Assembly (NCBI GenBank): GCA_902595755.1
Contig: CACJRF010000002.1
Coordinates: 10,677 to 74,676, forward strand
Direction: 5' to 3'
Length of the DNA stretch: 64,000 nucleotides
Origin: an uncultured Alphaproteobacteria bacterium
GTDB taxonomy: Bacteria; Pseudomonadota; Alphaproteobacteria; Methylaequorales; Methylaequoraceae
The notes beneath the pieces are model-generated. The model had not been told where the DNA came from, searched no databases, and saw only the letters and a program-made list of their open reading frames with translations. Made by a program: the position numbers and the translations under genes. Shown piece after piece: positions 1-9,401 of this stretch. Positions within the stretch are counted from its first letter, which is position 1. The number at the start of each line of letters is the position of its first letter.

Positions 1-163
1 TTAGAGCTTCCTCATTTGAGTATCCATGCATCAATACCTCATTAGTTTCAAATTCTATTGTTATTACAGGGATAAGACCATTAGAGTCAAATTTTGGTTG
101 GAAAGTAACACCTTCTTCTACCTCTTCAACTGAAACCCTTTTTTTGAAAGCAATATCGGTCAC
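1..163 (-). CDS. hisI: phosphoribosyl-AMP cyclohydrolase HisI, N-terminal 54 codons (gene runs off the window start)
   Basis: Hand translation of the minus strand from GTG at 163 gives [54 protein letters not shown]. This matches the conserved HisI core (..GLIP.V.Q....EVLM..YMN.EAL). GTGA overlap with the folE stop. Absent from the ORF track because it is truncated. Confidence 0.6.
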   Translation of the reverse strand, partial: MTDIAFKKRVSVEEVEEGVTFQPKFDSNGLIPVITIEFETNEVLMHGYSNEEAL

Positions 164-771
164 GTTTTTATATATTCAAGAAATCTATTTTGTAATAGTT
201 TGTCAGTTTTAAAATCACCTAAAAATGAGTTTGTTATTGTTGATACATTAGGTTTAGAAACACCTCTAGTTGTCATACATTGATGAAATGCTTCAATATA
301 GACAGCAACACCTTTAGGTTTAAGAGTTTCATAAATTGAACTTGCTATTTGTTGAGTCATAGTTTCTTGAGTTTGAAGTCTTTTTGCATAGATATCGACT
401 GTTCTAGCTAATTTTGAGATACCAACAACTTTTTTTACAGGCAGATAAGCCAGATGAACCTTTCCAATTATTGGAACCATATGATGCTCACAATGCGAAT
501 TGAATGTAATATCTTTTAACATGACAATATCTTCATAGCCGTTAACATCTTCAAAAGTTTTTGACAAATATTCTTTAGCAGATTCTTTATATCCTATGAA
601 AAACTCTTCAAAAGCTTTTACCACACGTTTTGGGGTGTCCAATAATCCCTCTCTTTTAGGATTATCTCCTGCCCATTGTATTAGAGTTTTTACAGCTTCT
701 TCAGCTTCTTCTCTACTAGGTTTTTTTTCGAAGGCCAGTTTAACCTTTTTTTTTGGTGTCACAGAATCCAT
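160..771 (-). CDS. folE: GTP cyclohydrolase I
   Basis: 203 aa with diagnostic FolE blocks [20 protein letters not shown] and HQCMTTRG. Confidence 0.95.
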   Translation of the reverse strand: MDSVTPKKKVKLAFEKKPSREEAEEAVKTLIQWAGDNPKREGLLDTPKRVVKAFEEFFIGYKESAKEYLSKTFEDVNGYEDIVMLKDITFNSHCEHHMVPIIGKVHLAYLPVKKVVGISKLARTVDIYAKRLQTQETMTQQIASSIYETLKPKGVAVYIEAFHQCMTTRGVSKPNVSTITNSFLGDFKTDKLLQNRFLEYIKT

Positions 772-865
772 TTTTAAACTTTCATTATTTATATATTAAA
801 TATTTTGTATTATAAATATAAATTTAAAGTATTATTTAATACTACTTTAACTCAAAAAGTGCAAA

Positions 866-2509
866 ATGAAATTTAAAATTACCAATGGAATAGTTTATGA
901 CCCATCAAGAAATATTAATGGGAAGCAAAAAGATATATATGTTTGTGATGGTAAAATTGTTTCACCATCTATCTCAGAATTAATAGATTATAAAACATCA
1001 TATGATGTTTCTGGAATGATTATTATGGCAGGTGGAATAGACATTCATTCTCATATTGCTGGAGGAAATGTCAATAATGCAAGAGTATTATCACCAGAAA
1101 TACACTTTAATTTTTTAGATAAAAACCTTAATCGCAAAAAAAGTCTTCCTGGATTTAATACTAGATGGACTTGCGAGGGAACAGGTTATCGGTATGCGGA
1201 GATGGGTTTTACGACAGTTGTAGAACCTGCCGTACTACCTGTAAACTCATTTTTAAGTCATTTGGAGTTAGAAAAAATACCTATGATTGATAAAGCATGT
1301 TTGTCTGTTTTAGGAAATGATAGTTTTTTATTAAATTCACTACAAAAAAAAAGGGGGCAACAATTCATTGATGATTACGTAGCTTTCACAATAAATTCAA
1401 CAAAAAGCATTGGCCTAAAGGTTATAAATGCTGGAGGCACAGAGTCTTTCAAACGTGGGTGTCGTGATAATTTTAGTCTTGATGATATTGTTCCAGAATA
1501 CGGTGTTTCATCAAGAGAAATTGTAGATACATTATGTAACTCTATTGAAAATCTTAAAGTAAAGCATCCTTTACATGTTCACTGTAATAACTTGGGTATG
1601 GCTGGAAATATAAAGACAATTTTAGATACTATCAAAGCAGCAAGGGGAAGAAGAATGCACCTCGCTCATGTTCAATTTTATGGTTACGACAATAAGGGAA
1701 AAAAAGGATTTTCATCAGGAGCTATGCAGTTATGTGATGCTATAAATAAAAATAAAAATATTACAGTTGATGTGGGGCAAGTGATGTTTCAACCAACTGT
1801 TACTATATCATCAGATATTTTAAGACAATTCTCAGCAAGAAAAAATGCTAATCCAAAAAAATGGATTACAACTGAATTAGAGGACGGGGGAGGTGGAATT
1901 GTTCCTTATTCGTATAAAAAAGAAAACTTTGTAAATGCTTTTCAGTGGTTAATAGGTCTTGAAATATTTTTACTAATTAAAAATCCTTCTCAGGTGTTTT
2001 TTACAACAGACCATCCAAATGGAGCTCCTTTTACTAGTTATCCTGAGCTATTTAGACTGTTAATGGATCTCGATTACCGTTTAGAGTGCGCTAGTAAAAT
2101 AAATAAAATTTCTTACGAAATGTCATTCCTTAAAGATATAAAAAGAGTTTATACAATAAATGATATTGCAATTATGACTAGATCTGAGCCAGCTAAGATT
2201 TTAGGTCTCAATGATAGAGGTTCTTTGGCACCTGGTTGTTTGGCAGATATATCAATTTATAATCCAAATTTAAAATACGACCAAATGTTTAGGTATCCTG
2301 TTTACGTTTTCAAAGATGGAAAAGAAATTGTAAAAAATGGTAAGGTTAATAATTTTTTTAAAACAAAAACTCAAGTTTTAAATCTTAATTATGACAAAAA
2401 TATTACAAAATATATCAACAAATGGATAAGTAAGCAATATTCGTTAGATAGTGATGATATTAGTGTTGATACTAACTACTTTAGATCTGATAATTTTAAT
2501 TTTCATTAA
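866..2509 (+). CDS. formylmethanofuran dehydrogenase subunit A-like amidohydrolase (FwdA/FhcA family)
   Basis: 547 aa. Has the metal-dependent amidohydrolase motif GGIDIHSHIAGG near the N-terminus, and its size and layout are typical of FwdA/FhcA homologues. No B/C/D subunit genes nearby. Confidence 0.6.
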   Translation: MKFKITNGIVYDPSRNINGKQKDIYVCDGKIVSPSISELIDYKTSYDVSGMIIMAGGIDIHSHIAGGNVNNARVLSPEIHFNFLDKNLNRKKSLPGFNTRWTCEGTGYRYAEMGFTTVVEPAVLPVNSFLSHLELEKIPMIDKACLSVLGNDSFLLNSLQKKRGQQFIDDYVAFTINSTKSIGLKVINAGGTESFKRGCRDNFSLDDIVPEYGVSSREIVDTLCNSIENLKVKHPLHVHCNNLGMAGNIKTILDTIKAARGRRMHLAHVQFYGYDNKGKKGFSSGAMQLCDAINKNKNITVDVGQVMFQPTVTISSDILRQFSARKNANPKKWITTELEDGGGGIVPYSYKKENFVNAFQWLIGLEIFLLIKNPSQVFFTTDHPNGAPFTSYPELFRLLMDLDYRLECASKINKISYEMSFLKDIKRVYTINDIAIMTRSEPAKILGLNDRGSLAPGCLADISIYNPNLKYDQMFRYPVYVFKDGKEIVKNGKVNNFFKTKTQVLNLNYDKNITKYINKWISKQYSLDSDDISVDTNYFRSDNFNFH

Positions 2510-5500
2510 TTTCTTTATCAATCAAACTAAAAAAAAACGGCGTTATAATCAAAGTTAAAACAATTGAAAATAAAATACCAGATATTAGCACAATTCCTAT
2601 AGTTAATCTTGATTCATATCCAGCACCAGACCCTATAACTAGTGGAATTACCCCAACAATTGTAGATATTCCAGTCATTATTATGGGTCTAAATCTTTTT
2701 TTACAGGATTCTATAATAGCGCTTGAGCTTTTTTTACCTTGACTTTTTAATTGGCGAGCAAATTCAATTATTAATATTCCATTTTTTGCGGCTATACCCA
2801 TAAGGATTATAATTCCTATTTGACTAAAGATATTTAATGAATTCTCAAAAATTATTAGACAAATAATTGGTATTAATAAGGTTAATGGAACAGATATCAT
2901 AATAATAAAAGGATATCTAAAACTCTCAAATTGAGCACATAAAACTAAATAAACAAAAATTAGTGAAATAATAAATAAAAAATAAAATTGACTAGATGAT
3001 TCTTTAAATTCTTTACTTTGCCCTTTGAAGTCAACCTTGTAATTACCTTCTAATTTATTCTTAGATAACTTTTCAAGGTAAGAAATTCCATCTCCAAGGG
3101 AATATTTGTTATTTAAACCTGCACTCAATGTTATAGATCTCATTTTATTATATCTATTTAGCTCTTTAGCTTCTGCAGTCTCTTCAATATTCAGGACATT
3201 TTCAAGCCTAATTAATTCACCGTTTTTATTTTTAACTTCAAAAGAAAGGATATCTTTCATATTTTTTCTAAATTCTTTCTTTGCTTGTAAAATAACATAA
3301 TATTCCTCTCCTTTATCTATGAATGAATTAATTTTTCTTCCTGCTAGAAGTATTTCTAATGTTCTTCCAATCTCTGTATTTGAAAGCTCAAGATCATATG
3401 CTCTTTTTTTATCAATTTGTATTTTTAGTTGTGGTCTTGATTTTTTATAGTCCGTTCTAACAAAAAGAAAGTCTTTGTTATCATTTAGTTCCTCAAGGAT
3501 AATATTCATGTTTGAATCAATTTCAGAATAAGTATCACCAGAAATTACAAACTGAAGTTGTGATCCAGACCTTCTTTGACCCAGACCCCTTGGAGGAAAA
3601 ATAATAATTTTTGAATCAACTATTTCCTTGGATTTAATCTTAATTTCCTCAATAATTTCCCATATTTTTCTTCTTTGATCCCAATGATTTAATACAATAA
3701 TACCAATTCCATCACTAAAGTTTTCAGTACCTGAAAAACTTCTAGGTACTCGAAGAAGTATTCTTTTTGCCTCTTTATTTTCATTTAAATAAAGTAATTT
3801 TTCTTCTAATAAGAGCATTTGTCCAACTGTATTCTCGTATGTACTACCCTCAGGAGATTCGATAACTAAAAAAAATGCTCCTCTATCCTCTCTTGGCGAG
3901 AGTTCTTTAGATAAAAATTTAAATAAATAAATAGATAAGCCAAAAGTAGATATCACAATTAATGATATAATTAATTTCTTATTAATAATTAATTTGAGGA
4001 AAGAAATATACTTATCTCTGATCAATGTATCTTTTGTATAATTTCTAACTACTAATATTTTAGAACAAAGCATTGGAGTAAGAGTAAGAGAAATTATTGT
4101 TGAAAAAAAGATTGCACCAATAATTGTTACTGCTAACTCTTCAAATAATTTTGCTGTATCACCTTTTAAAAAAACTACTGGAATGAAAATACTTATTAAT
4201 ACAATTGATGTGGATACTATAGCAAAAAAAACTTCTCTAGAACCTTTAATGGCAGCTTCCTTTTTATCTTCACCTCCTTCAACTTTTTTATAGATATTCT
4301 CAAGCATAACAATTGAATCATCAATTACTAAACCAGTACACAGTACAAGAGCAAGAAGGGTTATTAAGTTGATTGAGTATCCAAAAAAGTTTAAAAAAAT
4401 GAAAGTCGAAAGGATAGAAATTGGAACTGTTATAAATGGTATAATTGTGCTTTTAAGGTTTCTTAAGAATAAAAGAATAATTAGTGTTACAAGTAAAACT
4501 GCAAAACAAAGCGTAAATATAACATCTTTTAAAGCCTCTGAGACAAATAAAGAAGTATCATAACTTTCATAAATTTTAATATTTTCAGGTAGATCTTTTT
4601 TTATTTCCAAAAATTCATCTTTTATTAAGTCAGTAACCTTAATTAAATTAGCTGAAGTTTGTTTTACAATTCCCAGACCAATCATTTCTTCACCATTTCC
4701 TCTGAACAATTGTCTGGACTCCTCAGCTCCAAATGATACATCAGCTATATCATCAAGTGTTACAAATGATTCACCATCACCTTTTCTTATAACTAACTTT
4801 TTAAAATCATCTAATGTTTTGTAACTATTTTCTAACTTTACTGTAAAATCTCTAGTTTCGGATTCAATTCTTCCAGCTGGAAACTCGATATTTTCTGATT
4901 TTATTACATTTTCTATTTCTCTTACTGTTAAATTATACTGAGAGAGTAAAAAGGGATCCACCCAAACTCTAACCGATTTTTTCTTTCCACCCGAGATTCT
5001 AACTTTTGCTACACCACTTATTACTGATAGTCTATCAACAAGGTAGCGTTCAGCATAATCCGTAAGATCTAATTGATTCATTTCATTGGATGTCAAGTTA
5101 AGCCACATAATTGCATTAGAATCAGAATCAATTTTGGATATTTCAGGAGGATCTGAATCTTTGGGAAGGTTTTCTAAGATTCTAGAAACGGAGTCTCTTA
5201 CATCATTAGCTGCTTCATTAATATTTTTTTCATAAATAAATTCAATTGTAACTTTGGATCTTCCATCTCTACTTACAGATGAGATGGATTTAATACCTTC
5301 AATCCCACTTATTTGATTTTCAATAATCTCAGTAATTTTTGTCTCAACAATCGTTGATGCAGCTCCTGGGTAAACTGTGTCAATTGTTACGATTGATTTT
5401 TCTGTATCCGGGTATTGCCTAAGTGGAAGATTAAGAAGAGATAAAAAACCAATTAAAAAAATAAAAGTTGATAAAACAATACAAAAAACTGGCTTTTTAA

Positions 5501-5522
5501 TAAAAAATTCTGAGATATTCAT
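2496..5522 (-). CDS. RND efflux transporter, AcrB/HAE1-type inner membrane pump
   Basis: 1008 aa. N-terminus MNISEFFIKKPVF.. typical of AcrB. Two large periplasmic loops between 12 predicted TM segments. Overlaps the upstream MFP gene by 4 nt. Confidence 0.9.
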   Translation of the reverse strand: MNISEFFIKKPVFCIVLSTFIFLIGFLSLLNLPLRQYPDTEKSIVTIDTVYPGAASTIVETKITEIIENQISGIEGIKSISSVSRDGRSKVTIEFIYEKNINEAANDVRDSVSRILENLPKDSDPPEISKIDSDSNAIMWLNLTSNEMNQLDLTDYAERYLVDRLSVISGVAKVRISGGKKKSVRVWVDPFLLSQYNLTVREIENVIKSENIEFPAGRIESETRDFTVKLENSYKTLDDFKKLVIRKGDGESFVTLDDIADVSFGAEESRQLFRGNGEEMIGLGIVKQTSANLIKVTDLIKDEFLEIKKDLPENIKIYESYDTSLFVSEALKDVIFTLCFAVLLVTLIILLFLRNLKSTIIPFITVPISILSTFIFLNFFGYSINLITLLALVLCTGLVIDDSIVMLENIYKKVEGGEDKKEAAIKGSREVFFAIVSTSIVLISIFIPVVFLKGDTAKLFEELAVTIIGAIFFSTIISLTLTPMLCSKILVVRNYTKDTLIRDKYISFLKLIINKKLIISLIVISTFGLSIYLFKFLSKELSPREDRGAFFLVIESPEGSTYENTVGQMLLLEEKLLYLNENKEAKRILLRVPRSFSGTENFSDGIGIIVLNHWDQRRKIWEIIEEIKIKSKEIVDSKIIIFPPRGLGQRRSGSQLQFVISGDTYSEIDSNMNIILEELNDNKDFLFVRTDYKKSRPQLKIQIDKKRAYDLELSNTEIGRTLEILLAGRKINSFIDKGEEYYVILQAKKEFRKNMKDILSFEVKNKNGELIRLENVLNIEETAEAKELNRYNKMRSITLSAGLNNKYSLGDGISYLEKLSKNKLEGNYKVDFKGQSKEFKESSSQFYFLFIISLIFVYLVLCAQFESFRYPFIIMISVPLTLLIPIICLIIFENSLNIFSQIGIIILMGIAAKNGILIIEFARQLKSQGKKSSSAIIESCKKRFRPIIMTGISTIVGVIPLVIGSGAGYESRLTIGIVLISGILFSIVLTLIITPFFFSLIDKEINEN

Positions 5523-6523
5523 TTTATCTTTACTTTAATTCCGGCCTTTAGTTTGTTTACTCCTTCAAATACAATTTTGTCAGACAATTTAAGCCCCTTT
5601 TTAATTTCTACTTTCCCATCTAATCTTTTTCCTGTAAAAACCTGAACTTTTTTTATAATATTTTCATCACCAATAACATAAATAAATGTTTGATTATCAA
5701 TTGGAATTATAGCGCTTTCCGGTACAAGAATACTTTCTTTAGAGTCTAAATTAAGAATTTTTCTTGCCATCATTCCTGGTTTTAGTTCTTTTTTATTCTC
5801 TATCTTACTAATAATTCTAAACGTTCTTGTTTTTTCATCGACATAAGGATCTATTACATAAACTTCTCCTGAATAAACTACGTCAGAGGAATTTAGTTTG
5901 ATTTTAACAGTATCTTTAATTTTAATTTTATCAACATATGCTTCAGGCACAGAGGCTTCAACCTTTAAGGTGTTAAAATCATAAATAGTTGTTATTACAT
6001 CGCCAGGTTTTATAAATGCCCCTACACTATAATTTCTTAGGCCAATTGTTCCATCAAATGGAGCTTTCAAAACTAAATCGTTTATTTTAGCCTTTATTTC
6101 ATCTACCTTTCCTGTCAATCTAATCTTCTCAGTTAATCTATTATCAAGAACTGATTGAGAGATATTTCCTTTTTTAGATAAACTTAAAGCTCTTTGATAG
6201 TTAATTTCTGCTTCTTTGAGTTCGGCTTCGAATTGTTTGAGTATAGCTGTTTCTTCAAAGTTATTCAAAATTACTAAGATTTTATCTTTTTTAACTGCGA
6301 CACCTTCAACAAATAATATTTCTTGTATCTTTTCTGCAATTGTTGATGTTATATCAACTTTCTCGTTAGATTTAATAGTGGCTGACAACTCAATTTTATC
6401 AGTGACAAACTCCTTCTTTGGATTAATAAAGTTTATTAAGATATCTTTATTTTGAGAAAATGATTGATTAATATTTAAAATCAGCAAATTAATAAATATA
6501 ATTGCACAAAAAAACTTAGTCAT
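5519..6523 (-). CDS. RND efflux membrane fusion protein (HlyD/AcrA family periplasmic adaptor)
   Basis: 334 aa. N-terminal signal/anchor, coiled-coil hairpin (EAELKEAEINYQRALSLSKKG), beta-barrel C-terminus. Translationally coupled to the RND pump. Confidence 0.85.
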   Translation of the reverse strand: MTKFFCAIIFINLLILNINQSFSQNKDILINFINPKKEFVTDKIELSATIKSNEKVDITSTIAEKIQEILFVEGVAVKKDKILVILNNFEETAILKQFEAELKEAEINYQRALSLSKKGNISQSVLDNRLTEKIRLTGKVDEIKAKINDLVLKAPFDGTIGLRNYSVGAFIKPGDVITTIYDFNTLKVEASVPEAYVDKIKIKDTVKIKLNSSDVVYSGEVYVIDPYVDEKTRTFRIISKIENKKELKPGMMARKILNLDSKESILVPESAIIPIDNQTFIYVIGDENIIKKVQVFTGKRLDGKVEIKKGLKLSDKIVFEGVNKLKAGIKVKIK

Positions 6524-7169
6524 TACCCCTCAATTTCGATATTGCCTCATTATAATTTTTAGAGCTAAAAATAGTTGAACCAGAAACTAAAACATTGGCT
6601 CCTGCTTTTATAACTTGTTTAGAAGTGTTGTAATTTATGCCACCATCAACCTCTAATTCAATATCTCTATTTGATATAAGATCTTTTATATCCATTATTT
6701 TTTTTAATTGATTAGAAAGAAACTTTTGTCCCCCAAAACCAGGCTCAACGGTCATCACTAAAATAAGGTCTATTAATTCAAGATAAGGAATAATTTCTTT
6801 TGCTTCTGTTGTTGGTTTAATTGATATACCAGCTTTCAAGTTATTTTTTTTTATGAAATTTATACAATCGAATACATTGTCTGATATCTCATGGTGAATG
6901 GTAATTATATCAGAACCAGCTTCTATGAAACTTGGTAAAATATTCATTACTGGATTTATCATAAGGTGAACATCAAATATCTTATTTGTGTATGGTCTTA
7001 TTGACTTTATTACTCCAGGACCTATTGTAAGATTTGGCACAAAATGGCCATCCATAACATCAATATGAATATAGTCACATTCAGAGCTATTTAAGGCAGT
7101 TATTTCCTCTCCGAGCTTGGAAAAGTTAGAAGATAGAATTGAAGGCGCAATCTTGACATTATTCGTCAT
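6516..7169 (-). CDS. rpe: ribulose-phosphate 3-epimerase
   Basis: 217 aa with motifs IAPSILSSNF, HIDVMDGHFVPN and VEPGFGGQKF. Confidence 0.95.
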   Translation of the reverse strand: MTNNVKIAPSILSSNFSKLGEEITALNSSECDYIHIDVMDGHFVPNLTIGPGVIKSIRPYTNKIFDVHLMINPVMNILPSFIEAGSDIITIHHEISDNVFDCINFIKKNNLKAGISIKPTTEAKEIIPYLELIDLILVMTVEPGFGGQKFLSNQLKKIMDIKDLISNRDIELEVDGGINYNTSKQVIKAGANVLVSGSTIFSSKNYNEAISKLRGND

Positions 7170-8212
7170 AATAAAGAATTTTCATCTTCAATAGAATATT
7201 TTGCTGAGGTTGCCTCTGAATTTAATTTACTTCTTTTTAAAAGTTCTTTTTGTGCTTTCTCAATATTTGAATCGTTTCCCATCCAGCTTGATAAACATGG
7301 TTGTTGAAGAGCCCTGCCATAGGAAAAACTAATATTCCATTGAGTGCCTTCAGAGTCTTTATTCATTTGGTTTAAATGTTGTGTTGCCAATTCGTTGCTT
7401 TGACCACCTGACAAAAAAACAATTCCAGGAACCTCTTTTGGAACGTTTTCATTTAAACACTTTAAAGTCATAGTGGAAACTTCTTCTACACTAGCTTGCT
7501 GTTCGCACTTTTTTCCCGAGATAACCATATTTGGCTTTAACAGAATACCACCTAAATATACATTTTGTTTATCAAGAGCTTCAAACACTTTTTTTAGAAC
7601 ATTTGATGTAATCTCATAACATGTAACAATATCGTGAGCACCATCCATCAGTACTTCAGGCTCGACTATGGGGACCATTTCATAATCTTGGACAATTTTT
7701 GCATATCGAGAAAGACTGTGAGCATTTAAGTCAATCGAATATTCTGATGGGATGTCATTACTTTTATCTACATCAATTATTGCTCTCCACTTAGTAAATT
7801 CTAGGTTTTGAGAATAGTACTTTTCTAAGCGTTTTTGAAGCCCGTCTAGTCCTTCAGTCACTTTTTCAAAAGATTTCTTTTCAACAGGAACGGCACCAGT
7901 ATCAACTTTTATACCTGGTATAATTCCAATACTTTTCAAGTACTGAGGAAAATACACTCCATCGGTTGTAGTTTGATGAACTGTTTCATCATAAAGAATA
8001 ACACCGCTTATATACTTATTTAAATTTTCTGAAGTGAATAATAATTCTCTATATCTTCTTCTATTTTCATTATTTGACTCTACATTAATTGTGTCAAATC
8101 TTTTCGTAATAGTGTTAGTACTTTCATCAGCCGCTAGTATACCTTTTGGTGAGTTCGAAAGAGTATTAGCTATAGAATTGAGTTTTTCTTTATTCATATT
8201 AATTTTAGTCAT
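7166..8212 (-). CDS. fba: fructose-bisphosphate aldolase, class I (Schiff-base type)
   Basis: 348 aa with GILAADESTNTITKRF and the Schiff-base lysine context LLKPNMV, both typical of class I FBA. Confidence 0.9.
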   Translation of the reverse strand: MTKINMNKEKLNSIANTLSNSPKGILAADESTNTITKRFDTINVESNNENRRRYRELLFTSENLNKYISGVILYDETVHQTTTDGVYFPQYLKSIGIIPGIKVDTGAVPVEKKSFEKVTEGLDGLQKRLEKYYSQNLEFTKWRAIIDVDKSNDIPSEYSIDLNAHSLSRYAKIVQDYEMVPIVEPEVLMDGAHDIVTCYEITSNVLKKVFEALDKQNVYLGGILLKPNMVISGKKCEQQASVEEVSTMTLKCLNENVPKEVPGIVFLSGGQSNELATQHLNQMNKDSEGTQWNISFSYGRALQQPCLSSWMGNDSNIEKAQKELLKRSKLNSEATSAKYSIEDENSLL

Positions 8213-9401
8213 TTAAACTGTTAAGTCCTGGAAGTGAATTTCCTCTTTGGATAAATTCCAGAAAAGCTCCACCGCCTGTAGATACAAAGGAAAAACAGTT
8301 AAAAAAACCTCCTTTTTTTAACAGCGATATAGTATCACCTCCACCTGCCACAGAAAAGAAATTTTTATTTTTATTATTTTTAATGGCATTCAAAACGTAG
8401 TATGATCCTGCTTCAAAGGGTTTCTTCTCAAAATATCCTAAAGGCCCGTTCCATAAAAGATTTTCTGCTTTAATTATTTCATTATAAAAAAGCATTCTTG
8501 TTTGTGGACCTATATCCATAATCACATGATTCCTCTCAATTTCACCTAGAGTTTTTGTGACTACAATACTCGGATCTTTTTTTGAGGTAACAACCACATC
8601 TTTGGGTAAAAGTAGTTTATGCCCATAAATAGATAGTAGATCTCTGGCAGTTTTAATCATCTTTTTTTCATGTAATGACTCGCCAATTTCATTTCCTAAT
8701 GCTAATAAAAAAGTATGTGCCATAGCACCACCAATGATAACTTTTGAGTAGTTCTTAGCATAGAAATCAATTATGTTTAATTTTGTAGATATTTTAGCTC
8801 CACCCAGAACTGCAATATTATTTCCTGTACTTGAAGAAAGTATAAGATTTTTAAGATTTAGAATTTCTTCTTCAAGAAGCTTGCCTGGAAAAGATGGTAA
8901 ATAAGATGGGATACCTGCAATAGATGAATGATTTCTATGGCAGCATGAAAAACATTCATTAATAAAGACATCACCAAAAGAAGAAATTTTCTTAACAAAT
9001 GTCATATCATTTTTTTCCTCTTCCTCATAAAATCTTATATTTTCTAAAAGAACTATTTTATACTCTTTGAAGATATTATTTAGATAGTTTGAATCAATCT
9101 TATAAATATTCTTTTGTTCAAAATAAATCTCTTCACCTAATATTAATGATAATTCAGAGGATAAATCCTTTAAAGAAAAATCATCAACCCATTCGCCATT
9201 TGGCCTTCCAAGATGTGTAATGAGAATTATAGAGGCTTTTTTTTCTAGAAGTATTTTTAGAGTTGGTATTATTTTCTTAATTCTTGTATCGTCTTCAATC
9301 TTACCATTTGCAATAGGAACATTGAGATCAACTCTAATTAATGCTTTTTTGTTAAATAGAAAGTTAAAAGAATCTGAGAATTTTTTTTTTAAAGTTATCA
9401 T
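8205..9401 (-). CDS. pgk: phosphoglycerate kinase
   Basis: 398 aa with RVDLNVPI at the N-terminus and STGGGAFLEF at the C-terminus. Confidence 0.95.
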   Translation of the reverse strand: MITLKKKFSDSFNFLFNKKALIRVDLNVPIANGKIEDDTRIKKIIPTLKILLEKKASIILITHLGRPNGEWVDDFSLKDLSSELSLILGEEIYFEQKNIYKIDSNYLNNIFKEYKIVLLENIRFYEEEEKNDMTFVKKISSFGDVFINECFSCCHRNHSSIAGIPSYLPSFPGKLLEEEILNLKNLILSSSTGNNIAVLGGAKISTKLNIIDFYAKNYSKVIIGGAMAHTFLLALGNEIGESLHEKKMIKTARDLLSIYGHKLLLPKDVVVTSKKDPSIVVTKTLGEIERNHVIMDIGPQTRMLFYNEIIKAENLLWNGPLGYFEKKPFEAGSYYVLNAIKNNKNKNFFSVAGGGDTISLLKKGGFFNCFSFVSTGGGAFLEFIQRGNSLPGLNSLND

